The notes beneath the pieces were generated by a model that did no database searches, had not been told where the DNA came from, and saw only the letters and a list, made by a program, of their open reading frames with translations. The position numbers were made by a program, and so were the translations under genes. From Gemmatimonadales bacterium (GTDB taxonomy: Bacteria; Gemmatimonadota; Gemmatimonadetes; Gemmatimonadales; GWC2-71-9): a stretch of 64,000 nt of DNA. The stretch spans positions 1,493 through 65,492 of the forward strand of contig DATIYM010000035.1 in NCBI GenBank assembly GCA_035517615.1, read 5' to 3'. Shown one piece after another: positions 9,213-16,672 of this stretch. Within the stretch, counting starts at the first letter, position 1. The number at the start of each line of letters is the position of its first letter.

Positions 9213-9368
9213 CTACCGGACCTTCTACCGGGTTCTCCACCGGGCTTTCCACCGGGCCTCGACCGAGAATCATGGGTCCTGCTTCGAGATGGCAAACCGT
9301 ACTGATTGCCGTACTGAAAACCGTACTGATTGCCGTACGGAAGACCGTCCGAACGACCGACCTGAACG
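9213..9368. repeat. 13-unit array with strict 12-bp phase (CYACCGGR units, then CCGTACTG units)
   Basis: Units start at 9213, 9225, 9237 and 9249 (CTACCGGAC, CTACCGGGT, CCACCGGGC, CCACCGGGC). Three degenerate units follow. Then units start at 9297, 9309, 9321, 9333, 9345 and 9357 (CCGTACTG x3, CCGTACGG, CCGTCCGA, CCGACCTG). Both sub-arrays share one 12-bp register, since 9213+84=9297. Confidence 0.8.
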
Positions 9369-9436
9369 CGTCTGCCGGAGCCAGCGGCGAAATTGTCGTG
9401 TCTCAGTAGCGCGTACCGAGCCGCCCAAGAATACTG

Positions 9437-9772
9437 GTGATCGTCGTGATGTCGCGAATACATTCCGATCGTTTGTCGAACTCATTCGCATCGCTTCGAT
9501 CCGCGCTCGCGCTGATGCCGCCTGGGACTCTGGTCCCACGCGATTGGCTGCTTGACCGTTTGTCAGGTGCTGAAGCGGCTCAGACGCCTTCGACCGCTCT
9601 CGTCGATCTCACGATCCAAGACCTGGCCAAGATGTTCGGCAAGCGCCCCTCGACGGTACGGGCCTGGGTGGAGCGGGGGGACTTCGCCGGCGCTTACAAG
9701 CTCCACGGCAAGGAATGGCGTGTCCCTACGGATTCGGTCCGCGAGTTTCAGGAGCAACAAAGGCCAAAGTAA
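9437..9772 (+). CDS. excisionase/AlpA-like helix-turn-helix DNA-binding protein (start uncertain: 9437, 9449 or 9515)
   Basis: LTIQDLAKMFGKRPSTVRAWVERGDFAGAYKLHGKEWRVPTDSVREF is a typical excisionase-family HTH. It lies upstream of the integrase. Confidence 0.7.
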   Translation: MIVVMSRIHSDRLSNSFASLRSALALMPPGTLVPRDWLLDRLSGAEAAQTPSTALVDLTIQDLAKMFGKRPSTVRAWVERGDFAGAYKLHGKEWRVPTDSVREFQEQQRPK

Positions 9773-9811
9773 GCCCTAGCCGGTCGTCCGAAACGTCGGT
9801 AGCTTACTGAC

Positions 9812-10579
9812 GTGCCCAAACGCCCCCATCGCCGCAAGAACCTAGACCTGCTGGTCCCCATCGACGGGCAGCGAGTCCGTGCCGCAATCGAATGGAAGGG
9901 TCTGAGCGTCAACGCCGCCGCGCGGACGCTGAAAATGAGCCAGCAGACACTCGACTCCATAGTTCGCGGCAATACCAAGCGCTGCTACAAGTCCTTGCGT
10001 GACCAACTCGCCCAATTGCTCGGGCGACCCGCCGAATGGCTAGGCGGGGAAACCCATCTCCAGCCCGCTCTTGCGTCTTGGGTGCCAGTGCCCGACCTGG
10101 GCTACAAGCCGCCTCTGTGGGTGGATGAGAACATGCGAATCATTCGTCCGTCGTCCGAGGGCGGCTACACGCACGCCACCGAGCTTCCTCCGCGCTACCA
10201 GCTCGCCGCTCACGATCTCTCAACGCAGATCATTAAAGCCTGGAAGCGGGATATCAGTCACAAGAACACAGAAGCCGATGCCGCCATTATGCGGCTGGCC
10301 GTCGGCCGCTGGAAGCAGAATCCGTGGGATCGCCTGACCATGCTGATTTCGCGACTCATCAGTGCCTTCTGGTGGAGACGCGCCTTCCTTAAGAATCCCA
10401 AAGTCAGCGATCAAACTGCTGATGATGAATTCGCCGTGTCAGCAGCAGCGGTGCTGGAAAGCACTCTAGAGCCCTGGATCAAAGGAAAACAGGACGTGGA
10501 CTATCAATGGCTCGGTAGTGTGCTGGAGTGGGCATCTGCCGGTTTCGGAAAACACCCTTCACCTGGAGGCCAGAAATGA
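9812..10579 (+). CDS. HTH-domain protein of the integrative element
   Basis: 255 aa. The N-terminus RVRAAIEWKGLSVNAAARTLKMSQQTLDSIVRG is XRE-like. Its stop overlaps the integrase start (ATGA at 10576-10579). Confidence 0.6.
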   Translation: MPKRPHRRKNLDLLVPIDGQRVRAAIEWKGLSVNAAARTLKMSQQTLDSIVRGNTKRCYKSLRDQLAQLLGRPAEWLGGETHLQPALASWVPVPDLGYKPPLWVDENMRIIRPSSEGGYTHATELPPRYQLAAHDLSTQIIKAWKRDISHKNTEADAAIMRLAVGRWKQNPWDRLTMLISRLISAFWWRRAFLKNPKVSDQTADDEFAVSAAAVLESTLEPWIKGKQDVDYQWLGSVLEWASAGFGKHPSPGGQK

Positions 10580-11850
10580 GCAACCGAATGAAGAAGTCCC
10601 GCATTTATTGGCGTGAACGCGGCGGTACAAAACGCGCCTACGCCGATCTACGCGATTACACGGACGTGGGCGGGAGCAGGGAACCGCTCGTCGCGCCCAA
10701 CGAGAAGCTGGCGACGTCCGATGAACCGACTGCGCAGGTGCTCCTGGGTCGCAGGCTGTCAGAGCTCGACGGCATCCGCCGGGGTCGGGCACTGCACGGT
10801 GACACCAAGCGTGTCACGCTCGACGAGTTCACCAAGACGCATCTCGACGCGAAACGGGAGTCCAAGAAGTACACCGAGCATTGGATCGAGGTCACGGAGA
10901 TGTGCCTTGAACGGGCCGCGGACTTCTTCGGTGCCAATCGCGAGCTTGCGTCGATTACGGTCACGGACGTGCGGCGCTGGGCAAGCCGTCTTCTGGAAAC
11001 GCCGAACGGCAGAGAGGGAACCATGTCGGCCAGCTCAGTGCGGCATCACTTGAGCTGCCTGTCGAATCTCTACAAGCGGGCGCGAGCCGAGCGGGTAGTG
11101 CCGTCTGGATACGATCCCGTTGGCGACTTCGACGAAAAACCGTCACCTCGGCGCGGCGAAGCAAAGTGGCTGGAGATTCACGACGCCTCCCTCTTGCTCG
11201 AAGCGGCCAGGACGTACCAGCCGGATACAGAAAAGGGCGGGTGGCGGCCCGTGCCATTCGCGTACGAGCTGATCGCGACGTTCTTGCTTACGGGGGGGCG
11301 CGAGACTGAGGTGCTTGGCCTTGAAGTGGACGACGTTTCCCTCGATCGCGGAGTCGTGACCTTCCGGCCCAACCAGTGGCGTCGTCTCAAGACGGCTTCA
11401 AGCCATAGATCGGTGCCACTGTGGCCTCAGCTCCGCGAAGCGCTCCAGCGGTACTTGGCCGAGCGTCCGCCAAGCAGACTCCTATTTCCGAGCTATCGGA
11501 CGGGTCAGGAAGCAATGCTCACCGATTTTCGGAAATTGCTCGATGCTGTGGCCATGCGAGCGGGCTGGAATGAAGGCGATATCCGCTCGAAGATGTTTCG
11601 GCACACCCACTGTGCGGTCCGGCTTCAAACGCTAGATGCTGGCGCTCCAGTCAGCGTCTACACGGTTGCCCGCGAAATGGGGCACGGCGGTGAGTCGATG
11701 GTGCGCAGGGTCTACGGGCACCTGGGCCATGTCCGTCACAGGGCTGAGGTTGTGGAGTACCGTGTCGAGCAGCACGTTGCTAAGTTAGGTGCTCGGTTGG
11801 AGAGGCTTCGTGGGCTTGGATTTGGCACCACCGTTGGCACCACGGCGTAG
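10576..11850 (+). CDS. tyrosine-type site-specific recombinase (phage/island integrase)
   Basis: Track ORF 10528..11850, trimmed to MSNRMKKS (residue 17). The catalytic set is LLTGGRETEVLGL (R), KTASSHRSVPL, FRHTHCAVRL (H-x-x-R) and GHGGESMVRRVYGHL (H...Y). Confidence 0.9.
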   Translation: MSNRMKKSRIYWRERGGTKRAYADLRDYTDVGGSREPLVAPNEKLATSDEPTAQVLLGRRLSELDGIRRGRALHGDTKRVTLDEFTKTHLDAKRESKKYTEHWIEVTEMCLERAADFFGANRELASITVTDVRRWASRLLETPNGREGTMSASSVRHHLSCLSNLYKRARAERVVPSGYDPVGDFDEKPSPRRGEAKWLEIHDASLLLEAARTYQPDTEKGGWRPVPFAYELIATFLLTGGRETEVLGLEVDDVSLDRGVVTFRPNQWRRLKTASSHRSVPLWPQLREALQRYLAERPPSRLLFPSYRTGQEAMLTDFRKLLDAVAMRAGWNEGDIRSKMFRHTHCAVRLQTLDAGAPVSVYTVAREMGHGGESMVRRVYGHLGHVRHRAEVVEYRVEQHVAKLGARLERLRGLGFGTTVGTTA

Positions 11851-11890
11851 ACCTCTCGACCGATGCGGTAAGTCGTTATCGCAACAATTC

Positions 11891-11962
11891 GCCACCGTAG
11901 CTCAGTGGTAGAGCTCTCGATTCGTAATCGAGCGGTCGTCGGTTCAAATCCGACCGGTGGCT
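11891..11962 (+). tRNA. tRNA-Thr (anticodon CGT)
   Basis: Cloverleaf read by eye: acceptor GCCACCG/CGGTGGC, D-loop AGCTCAGTGGTAGAGC, anticodon loop TTCGTAA (CGT at 11923-11925) and T-loop GGTTCAAATCC. No encoded CCA. Confidence 0.93.
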
Positions 11963-11974
11963 TCTCGGCAGGGG

Positions 11975-12574
11975 TTACAGCAGAATCAAGCCTCGTCGTT
12001 GTCCGATCGCGACCGCTTCGGCCCGCGTTCGCGCTCCGAGTTTCTCCAGAATCGACGCTACGTACGTCTTCACCGTGTGCTCGGAGATCCCGAGACGCAC
12101 ACCAATGATTCGGTTGGGAAGGCCGCTCGCGAGCAAGGCGAGTACTTCGCGCTCCCGCGGCGTCAGTGCTCGAGGCGCGAGCGGCCGCCGCTCGAGCTCA
12201 CGGCTCGTCTCCCGCAGCCCCCCGGAGACGAACAGGCCGGCGGCCGCGGCTTCGATTGCGGCATGCAGCACCTTGTTCTCGGAGGTGGACGACAGCACCC
12301 CTCGAGCACCGCGGCGCAGCGCCGTGGCTACCAGCGCCTCATCCAGCGCTTCACTGAGTACGATGATGGCGGGCGCGAAGCCTGTCGCCCGGGTAGCAAT
12401 ATGCGACCATTCGGATTCGTGCAGGAGGATCACATCGGCCGCGGGAGCATCGGAGGCGACGCTCGGGGCCGCAGCCAGGATCGGAACCAGCTTGAAAGCA
12501 GATTTTTGCGCTACGGCGCGCTCGAGCGCGGAGCGCAGCGTTCGCGACTGCACCTGAATAGCGACGCGGATCAT
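11975..12574 (-). CDS. LuxR/NarL-type transcriptional regulator with atypical receiver-like N-terminus
   Basis: Trimmed to MIRVAIQV (residue 119 of track ORF 11975..12928). The C-terminus LTPREREVLALLASGLPNRIIGVRLGISEHTVKTYVASILEKLG is a LuxR HTH. The N-terminal domain lacks the usual DD acidic pair (MIRVAIQVQSR). Confidence 0.8.
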   Translation of the reverse strand: MIRVAIQVQSRTLRSALERAVAQKSAFKLVPILAAAPSVASDAPAADVILLHESEWSHIATRATGFAPAIIVLSEALDEALVATALRRGARGVLSSTSENKVLHAAIEAAAAGLFVSGGLRETSRELERRPLAPRALTPREREVLALLASGLPNRIIGVRLGISEHTVKTYVASILEKLGARTRAEAVAIGQRRGLILL

Positions 12575-13320
12575 GCCGCCTGCGGCAGCGAGAGGATCAC
12601 CCGTTCGCCACCTCGCGAAATCTCGAGCACCGGCTCCCGTTTCACGATCACGTCGCCAATCAACACCCCCGCCCGCTCGGCCACGCTGCCCGGGACGACC
12701 TCGAGGACGAGCAGCCCGCGCCCGCCTCCGGCGGACACCGTGCGGACGCGCACGCCAAGACGCGACGTGGGTGCGGACGCGCCGACGAACCGCTCCACAA
12801 CGGAAGTCGGAATGGCCAGTCCCAATCCTCTGCCGATCATCGCGTTCACGCCCACAATCCCTCCACGCGCGTCCGCCAACGGGCCACCGGAAAACCCTGG
12901 CGCGAGCCGCAAGTCGGCCTGTACCCAACGCCCGTCAGTCCGGTGCACGATCCCGATGGCGAGGGCGCGCGGCAGTCCGAACGGATGTCCCAGTGCGCAC
13001 ACCAGATCACCTACGCGGAGCGCTGCGTGTTCGGCAGGGATCGCGCGATCGCGCCCCGCGAGCGGCACATCGATCAACGCGAGATCGCGCCGCTCATCGA
13101 CCCGTATGACTCTGCCCGCCGCGACGCTCCCATCGCCGAATCCGACCTTGCAGGCATCACGACTCGCCACGACGTGCGCGTTGGTGACCACGCCGTGCGG
13201 CGCGGCCCATACAATTCCCGCGCCAAGGCTGCGTCCGCGACCGCCGCGGATCTCGACTGTGACCGTGCCGAGCGCGTCGGCCAGGCGTCCGAGCTCGCTC
13301 GTAACGTTCGCGCCGATCAC
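12571..13320 (-). CDS. trypsin-like (S1C/HtrA-type) serine protease with PDZ-like C-terminus, no signal peptide
   Basis: The GTG at 13320 overlaps the upstream stop (GTGA) and is preceded by GGAGGG. The catalytic triad reads VVTNAHVV, DLALIDV and GFSGGPLA. Its stop overlaps the LuxR start (ATGA). Confidence 0.8.
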   Translation of the reverse strand: MIGANVTSELGRLADALGTVTVEIRGGRGRSLGAGIVWAAPHGVVTNAHVVASRDACKVGFGDGSVAAGRVIRVDERRDLALIDVPLAGRDRAIPAEHAALRVGDLVCALGHPFGLPRALAIGIVHRTDGRWVQADLRLAPGFSGGPLADARGGIVGVNAMIGRGLGLAIPTSVVERFVGASAPTSRLGVRVRTVSAGGGRGLLVLEVVPGSVAERAGVLIGDVIVKREPVLEISRGGERVILSLPQAA

Positions 13321-14231
13321 CGTGCCCTCCGCGCGACTCGCTCGCCGATTTTCACGCTGAGCGCCTTCGTCTTGCCGGCGCGGATCACGCGCACGTCCGC
13401 CTCGCGCCCCACGCTGTCGGCGTCGAGCGCCGCGAGTACGTCGCCGGGATCCGCCACCGCAGTATCGTCGATTGCCACGAGCACATCTCCCAGGAGCATG
13501 CCGGCCTGTTCGGCGGGGCTTCCGCTTTCCACGCTCACGATCATGAGCCCGGTACGCTCGGGCAGCTTCTCGACCTTGACGAGCTGATCGGGGAGGCGGA
13601 CGGTTTCCGTGGCCACGCCGAGGTAACCGGCCGGCACCCGCCCGTGTTCCACGAGCTGCGCGAGTACTCGCTCGACCGTTTCCGCCGGAATCGTCGTCGG
13701 CGCTCCGCGCAGCAACGTGGAGGTGTTCACACCCAGCACCCGACCCGCCCCGTCCACCAGCGGCCCACCCGAGAAGCCATCGTAAATGCCGATGTCGAGC
13801 CGGATCAGTCGATCGATCTTGCCGCCGTGCCAGGTGCGCCACGCATCGCCGGCAGCGCTGATGAGTCCGAAGGCGGCGGTGAGTGTCGGCCCGGGACGGC
13901 CCAACGCCAGCACCATAGTGCCGACCCGCAGGGCATCCGGCGGAGCGATTTCGATCTCGCCACCCGGAGACGGATCGAGCCGCAGCGCGGCGAGGTCCGA
14001 CCCGAGGTCGCGGCCGAGCAGCGTTGCCCGCGCGGTTCCGCCGTCGGGCAAGAGCACGGTGATGTCCTCTTCACGCTGGATTGTGTGCGCAGCGGTCACG
14101 ACCAGCCCATCGCGCCACACGATCCCGGACGAGGGAATGCGGCGGCGGGCGCGGATCGCGACGACGCGGCGTCCCACGCGCTCTACAGCGCCGGCAAGAT
14201 CCTGGGACAGCGTCTCGAGCGTAGTTGCCAT
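13317..14231 (-). CDS. trypsin-like (S1C/HtrA-type) serine protease with PDZ domain, no signal peptide
   Basis: Trimmed to MATTLETL (residue 69), with GGAGGAG upstream. The triad reads VVTAAHTI, DLAALRL and GFSGGPLV. The PDZ-like region reads GLMIVSVESGSPAEQAGMLLGDVLVAID. Confidence 0.85.
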   Translation of the reverse strand: MATTLETLSQDLAGAVERVGRRVVAIRARRRIPSSGIVWRDGLVVTAAHTIQREEDITVLLPDGGTARATLLGRDLGSDLAALRLDPSPGGEIEIAPPDALRVGTMVLALGRPGPTLTAAFGLISAAGDAWRTWHGGKIDRLIRLDIGIYDGFSGGPLVDGAGRVLGVNTSTLLRGAPTTIPAETVERVLAQLVEHGRVPAGYLGVATETVRLPDQLVKVEKLPERTGLMIVSVESGSPAEQAGMLLGDVLVAIDDTAVADPGDVLAALDADSVGREADVRVIRAGKTKALSVKIGERVARRAR

Positions 14232-14343
14232 TGTCTCCTCCTTCGAGTCTCGGTGTACGGCTCGAAGACTACGACCGGGCGGTCGGGCCCGGCATCGGCC
14301 ATTCGGCGGGAGGACGGAACGCGCTACATTCGTGAACGCGGGA

Positions 14344-15147
14344 ATGGTTGCGAGCGATCGAGGGCGGTATTTACTTACCCGAGTTACCGACCGCCTTCTA
14401 CCGCCGAGACTGCCCGTGACCGCGCTCAGCAGCATATCCGATTCGCTCGTCCAGTCTCTCGACCTGGAGCTCCCCCCCGTCGCTCTGGCACGCGCGGCCG
14501 CTCCGCCCTCCGGCGTGCGCGAGTTTCAGGGCATCGTCCCATCGAGCTGCGCATTCTGGCGTCGAGCGGAACAGGAAGTGTTTTACGCGAGCGCGGCGCA
14601 GCATTTTCGCTGCCCGGTGGGAGCGATGGTGATGGGGTTCGACCTGCCGGACCCGGTCAAGGACGAGCTGATGCAGCTCGTCGGTGTGATGGTAGAGACC
14701 GGCTACATGCAGACGAGCGAGCCGCCACGCATTCCGCATCTCGACGGTGGCGCGCCCAAGACCGGTGTGGTCTACGGCCCGCTGCAGCGGTTCCCCATCA
14801 CGCCCGAATTCGTGCTGCTCTGGGTCACGCCGCGGCAGGCGATGCTGCTCACCGAATCGAGCGGCAGTTGCCACTGGACCACGTCCGAACCCGCGGGCGT
14901 CGCGGGTCGACCCGCCTGCGCCGCGATTCCGCTTGCCGCGAGCCGCCAAGCGAGCGTCTTGTCACTGGGTTGCACGGGAATGCGCACGTACACCGAGATC
15001 GCGCCGGAACGCGCGCTCGCGGTCATTCCCTACGCTGCCCTATCGTCGCTCGCAGGCCGGCTGACGCGCATGAGCGCCGTGAACGGGGTAATCGGGAGCT
15101 TTCATGCCGCGCGGAAAGCGGCTGTGCCTAAGGATCAGCAAGACTGA
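14344..15147 (+). CDS. DUF169-like protein (family recalled from memory; start uncertain, alternative GTG near 14416)
   Basis: The in-frame tail of track ORF 13786..15147 from MVASDRG (residue 187). Conserved-looking Cys-containing segments are FRCPVGAMVMGF, GRPACAAIP and SLGCTGMRTYTE. Confidence 0.6.
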   Translation: MVASDRGRYLLTRVTDRLLPPRLPVTALSSISDSLVQSLDLELPPVALARAAAPPSGVREFQGIVPSSCAFWRRAEQEVFYASAAQHFRCPVGAMVMGFDLPDPVKDELMQLVGVMVETGYMQTSEPPRIPHLDGGAPKTGVVYGPLQRFPITPEFVLLWVTPRQAMLLTESSGSCHWTTSEPAGVAGRPACAAIPLAASRQASVLSLGCTGMRTYTEIAPERALAVIPYAALSSLAGRLTRMSAVNGVIGSFHAARKAAVPKDQQD

Positions 15148-15176
15148 TAAGAGCTGAAACAGCGACGTCAAAAAAA

Positions 15177-15211
15177 CGTCGAGCGTGACCGGTGTCACAC
15201 TCGACGTTTTT
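15177..15211. terminator. bidirectional intrinsic terminator between the DUF169-like gene and tRNA-Leu
   Basis: Stem CGTCGAGCGTGAC (15177-15189), loop CGGT, stem GTCACACTCGACG (15194-15206), giving 12 of 13 pairs. It is flanked by A7 (15170-15176) and T5 (15207-15211). Confidence 0.6.
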
Positions 15212-15214
15212 CGA

Positions 15215-15296
15215 TGCCCTGGCCCGGACTCGAACCGGGACGGCTTGCGCCACTGCCCCCTCAAGACAGCGTGTCTACCAATTTCACCACCAGGGC
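15215..15296 (-). tRNA. tRNA-Leu (anticodon GAG), class II with long variable arm
   Basis: The reverse complement reads GCCCTGGTGGTGAAATTGGTAGACACGCTGTCTTGAGGGGGCAGTGGCGCAAGCCGTCCCGGTTCGAGTCCGGGCCAGGGCA. Anticodon stem CTGTC/GGCAG, loop TTGAGGG. Confidence 0.93.
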
Positions 15297-15345
15297 GTGA
15301 GCTACCTAACCTAGGAGGGGGTTCCAGGCCGAGCAAGTTGACCTC

Positions 15346-16626
15346 ATGGCTGGCCCGTACACCCCCGATATGCAATACTTACGCCCCATGGAACTCTGGG
15401 TCCCGTTCGTGTTCGGAGGGGCGATCGGCGCTCTGGTCGGCTTCGTCATCGCGCGCCAGCGCACGGCGAAACCGGCAGCACCACCACCTCCGTCTCCGGC
15501 GCCCCCGCCGCCGGCGCCGCGCTCCTCGCCCCCAACGTCCGAAGTCAAACGTGTGGCGCTGGACGACGGTTCCGCGAACGTGCTGAACGCGTTGAACAAT
15601 CGCCTGGCCGCCATCGGCGCGCTGGCCGACATGCTGCACGGCTCGCCGCTCGACCCGGAGCGCGCGCGGGCGCTCATGATGTTGCACGGCGAAGTGCGGC
15701 GCGCCGCGGAAATCACCCAGCATTTCCTCGAGCTGGCGGAGCATCCGATCGGAGCGGCGGAGCCGTCGGACGCCACGATCGTGCTGAACGGCGTGCTCGC
15801 CGAGCGCGAGGTCACATTTCGCGAGCTGAACGTCAAGATCACGCGGACCATCCCGCCCGACCTGCCGCTGGTCGCGTGCCCCATGGCGCAGCTCACCGAA
15901 ATTTTTACCCGGCTGCTCGATTTCTCGCTACGTCGGCTGCGCGACAGCCAGCCGCCGCGCAACCTCCGGCTCACCGTCACCGACGCCGGGCCGTCCTTGA
16001 CCATCGCGCTATCCGACTCGGGCTCGCCGTTGTCAGTCGAAGCGGAGCAGCGGCTGGTATCGCCGTTCCGGTTCACCCAGGGCGGCGGCGGAGAGATCGA
16101 ATTCGCGCTGGCGCGCGCGCTGGCGCAATCCACCGGCGGCTCGCTGCGCTTGAAATCGCGAGTGGAAGGCGGCGCGGAAGTCGTGCTGACCCTGCCCAAG
16201 AGCGTGCTCGGTCCGCTCGCGCAGACGACCCCGGCCGCGCCTACGCTCCCCAAACTTCGCATCCTCGTGGTGGACGACGACGCCGTGAATCGCCAGGCGA
16301 TGCGGCTCTTGCTCGAGCGCGAAGGGCACGAAGTGGTCGCGGTCGAGAACGGACTCGAGGCGATTGAGCGCCTTGGACCCGCCAGCGAGGGATTCGATGC
16401 GATCGTCACCGATCTGCAGATGCCCCGGCTCGGCGGCCGGGCCTTGTGGGAGCAGCTCCAGGACGACCGCCCCCAGCTCGCCAAACGATTCATCTTTGTC
16501 ACGGGCGATCGCGCGCGCGACGAGACCCGCCGGTTCCTGGACGAGAGCGGCCAGCCGGTGGTGTTGAAACCCTATGACTTGAGTGATTTGATCGGGGCCA
16601 TCGGGAAGGTCACCAAGAGACGATAG
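15346..16626 (+). CDS. hybrid histidine-kinase-like protein with degenerate kinase core and intact C-terminal receiver
   Basis: One N-terminal TM helix and a Pro-rich linker. The DHp-like segment reads NVLNALNNRLAAIGALADML (Asn where the H-box His is expected). The HATPase-like segment reads LSDSGSPLS...GGGEIEFALARALAQSTGGSL. The REC domain reads ILVVDDDAVNR...DAIVTDLQMPRLGG...FVTG...LKP. Confidence 0.8.
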   Translation: MAGPYTPDMQYLRPMELWVPFVFGGAIGALVGFVIARQRTAKPAAPPPPSPAPPPPAPRSSPPTSEVKRVALDDGSANVLNALNNRLAAIGALADMLHGSPLDPERARALMMLHGEVRRAAEITQHFLELAEHPIGAAEPSDATIVLNGVLAEREVTFRELNVKITRTIPPDLPLVACPMAQLTEIFTRLLDFSLRRLRDSQPPRNLRLTVTDAGPSLTIALSDSGSPLSVEAEQRLVSPFRFTQGGGGEIEFALARALAQSTGGSLRLKSRVEGGAEVVLTLPKSVLGPLAQTTPAAPTLPKLRILVVDDDAVNRQAMRLLLEREGHEVVAVENGLEAIERLGPASEGFDAIVTDLQMPRLGGRALWEQLQDDRPQLAKRFIFVTGDRARDETRRFLDESGQPVVLKPYDLSDLIGAIGKVTKRR

Positions 16627-16672
16627 GGCGGTGGCGGGGTATTACTCCGCAACCGATGCTCTTGGGGGCACC

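Noticed and set aside
9213-9368. Possible CRISPR array
   Set aside because: The repeat period is 12 bp with no unique spacers of 25-40 bp between 25-40 bp repeats, and there are no cas genes. This is not a CRISPR array.
9140-9463. ORFs 9140..9409 (+) and 9197..9463 (-) with tetrapeptide repeats (STGP..., YGNQYGFQYGNQYG)
   Set aside because: The peptide repeats are a direct consequence of the 12-bp DNA repeat (4 codons). Both strands give ORFs, neither has a convincing RBS, and one overlaps the xis-like start. I treat the region as a DNA-level repeat array. It is flagged for experimental exclusion in the finding.
11957-15147. Very long plus-strand ORFs (11957..13360, 13644..15131, and the first 560 nt of 13786..15147) overlapping the LuxR and protease genes
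   Set aside because: Their translations are Arg/Ala/Pro/Ser/Gly-rich with no motifs. They lie antisense to genes that carry complete catalytic triads and an HTH. These are typical high-GC shadow ORFs. Only the 3' part of 13786..15147 (from 14344) is kept.
11891-15296. The 3.2-kb block between tRNA-Thr and tRNA-Leu as a second tRNA-flanked island
   Set aside because: Its GC content looks like the core genome. It has no integrase or mobility gene, no repeats were seen, and the genes are tightly coupled housekeeping-like regulators and proteases.
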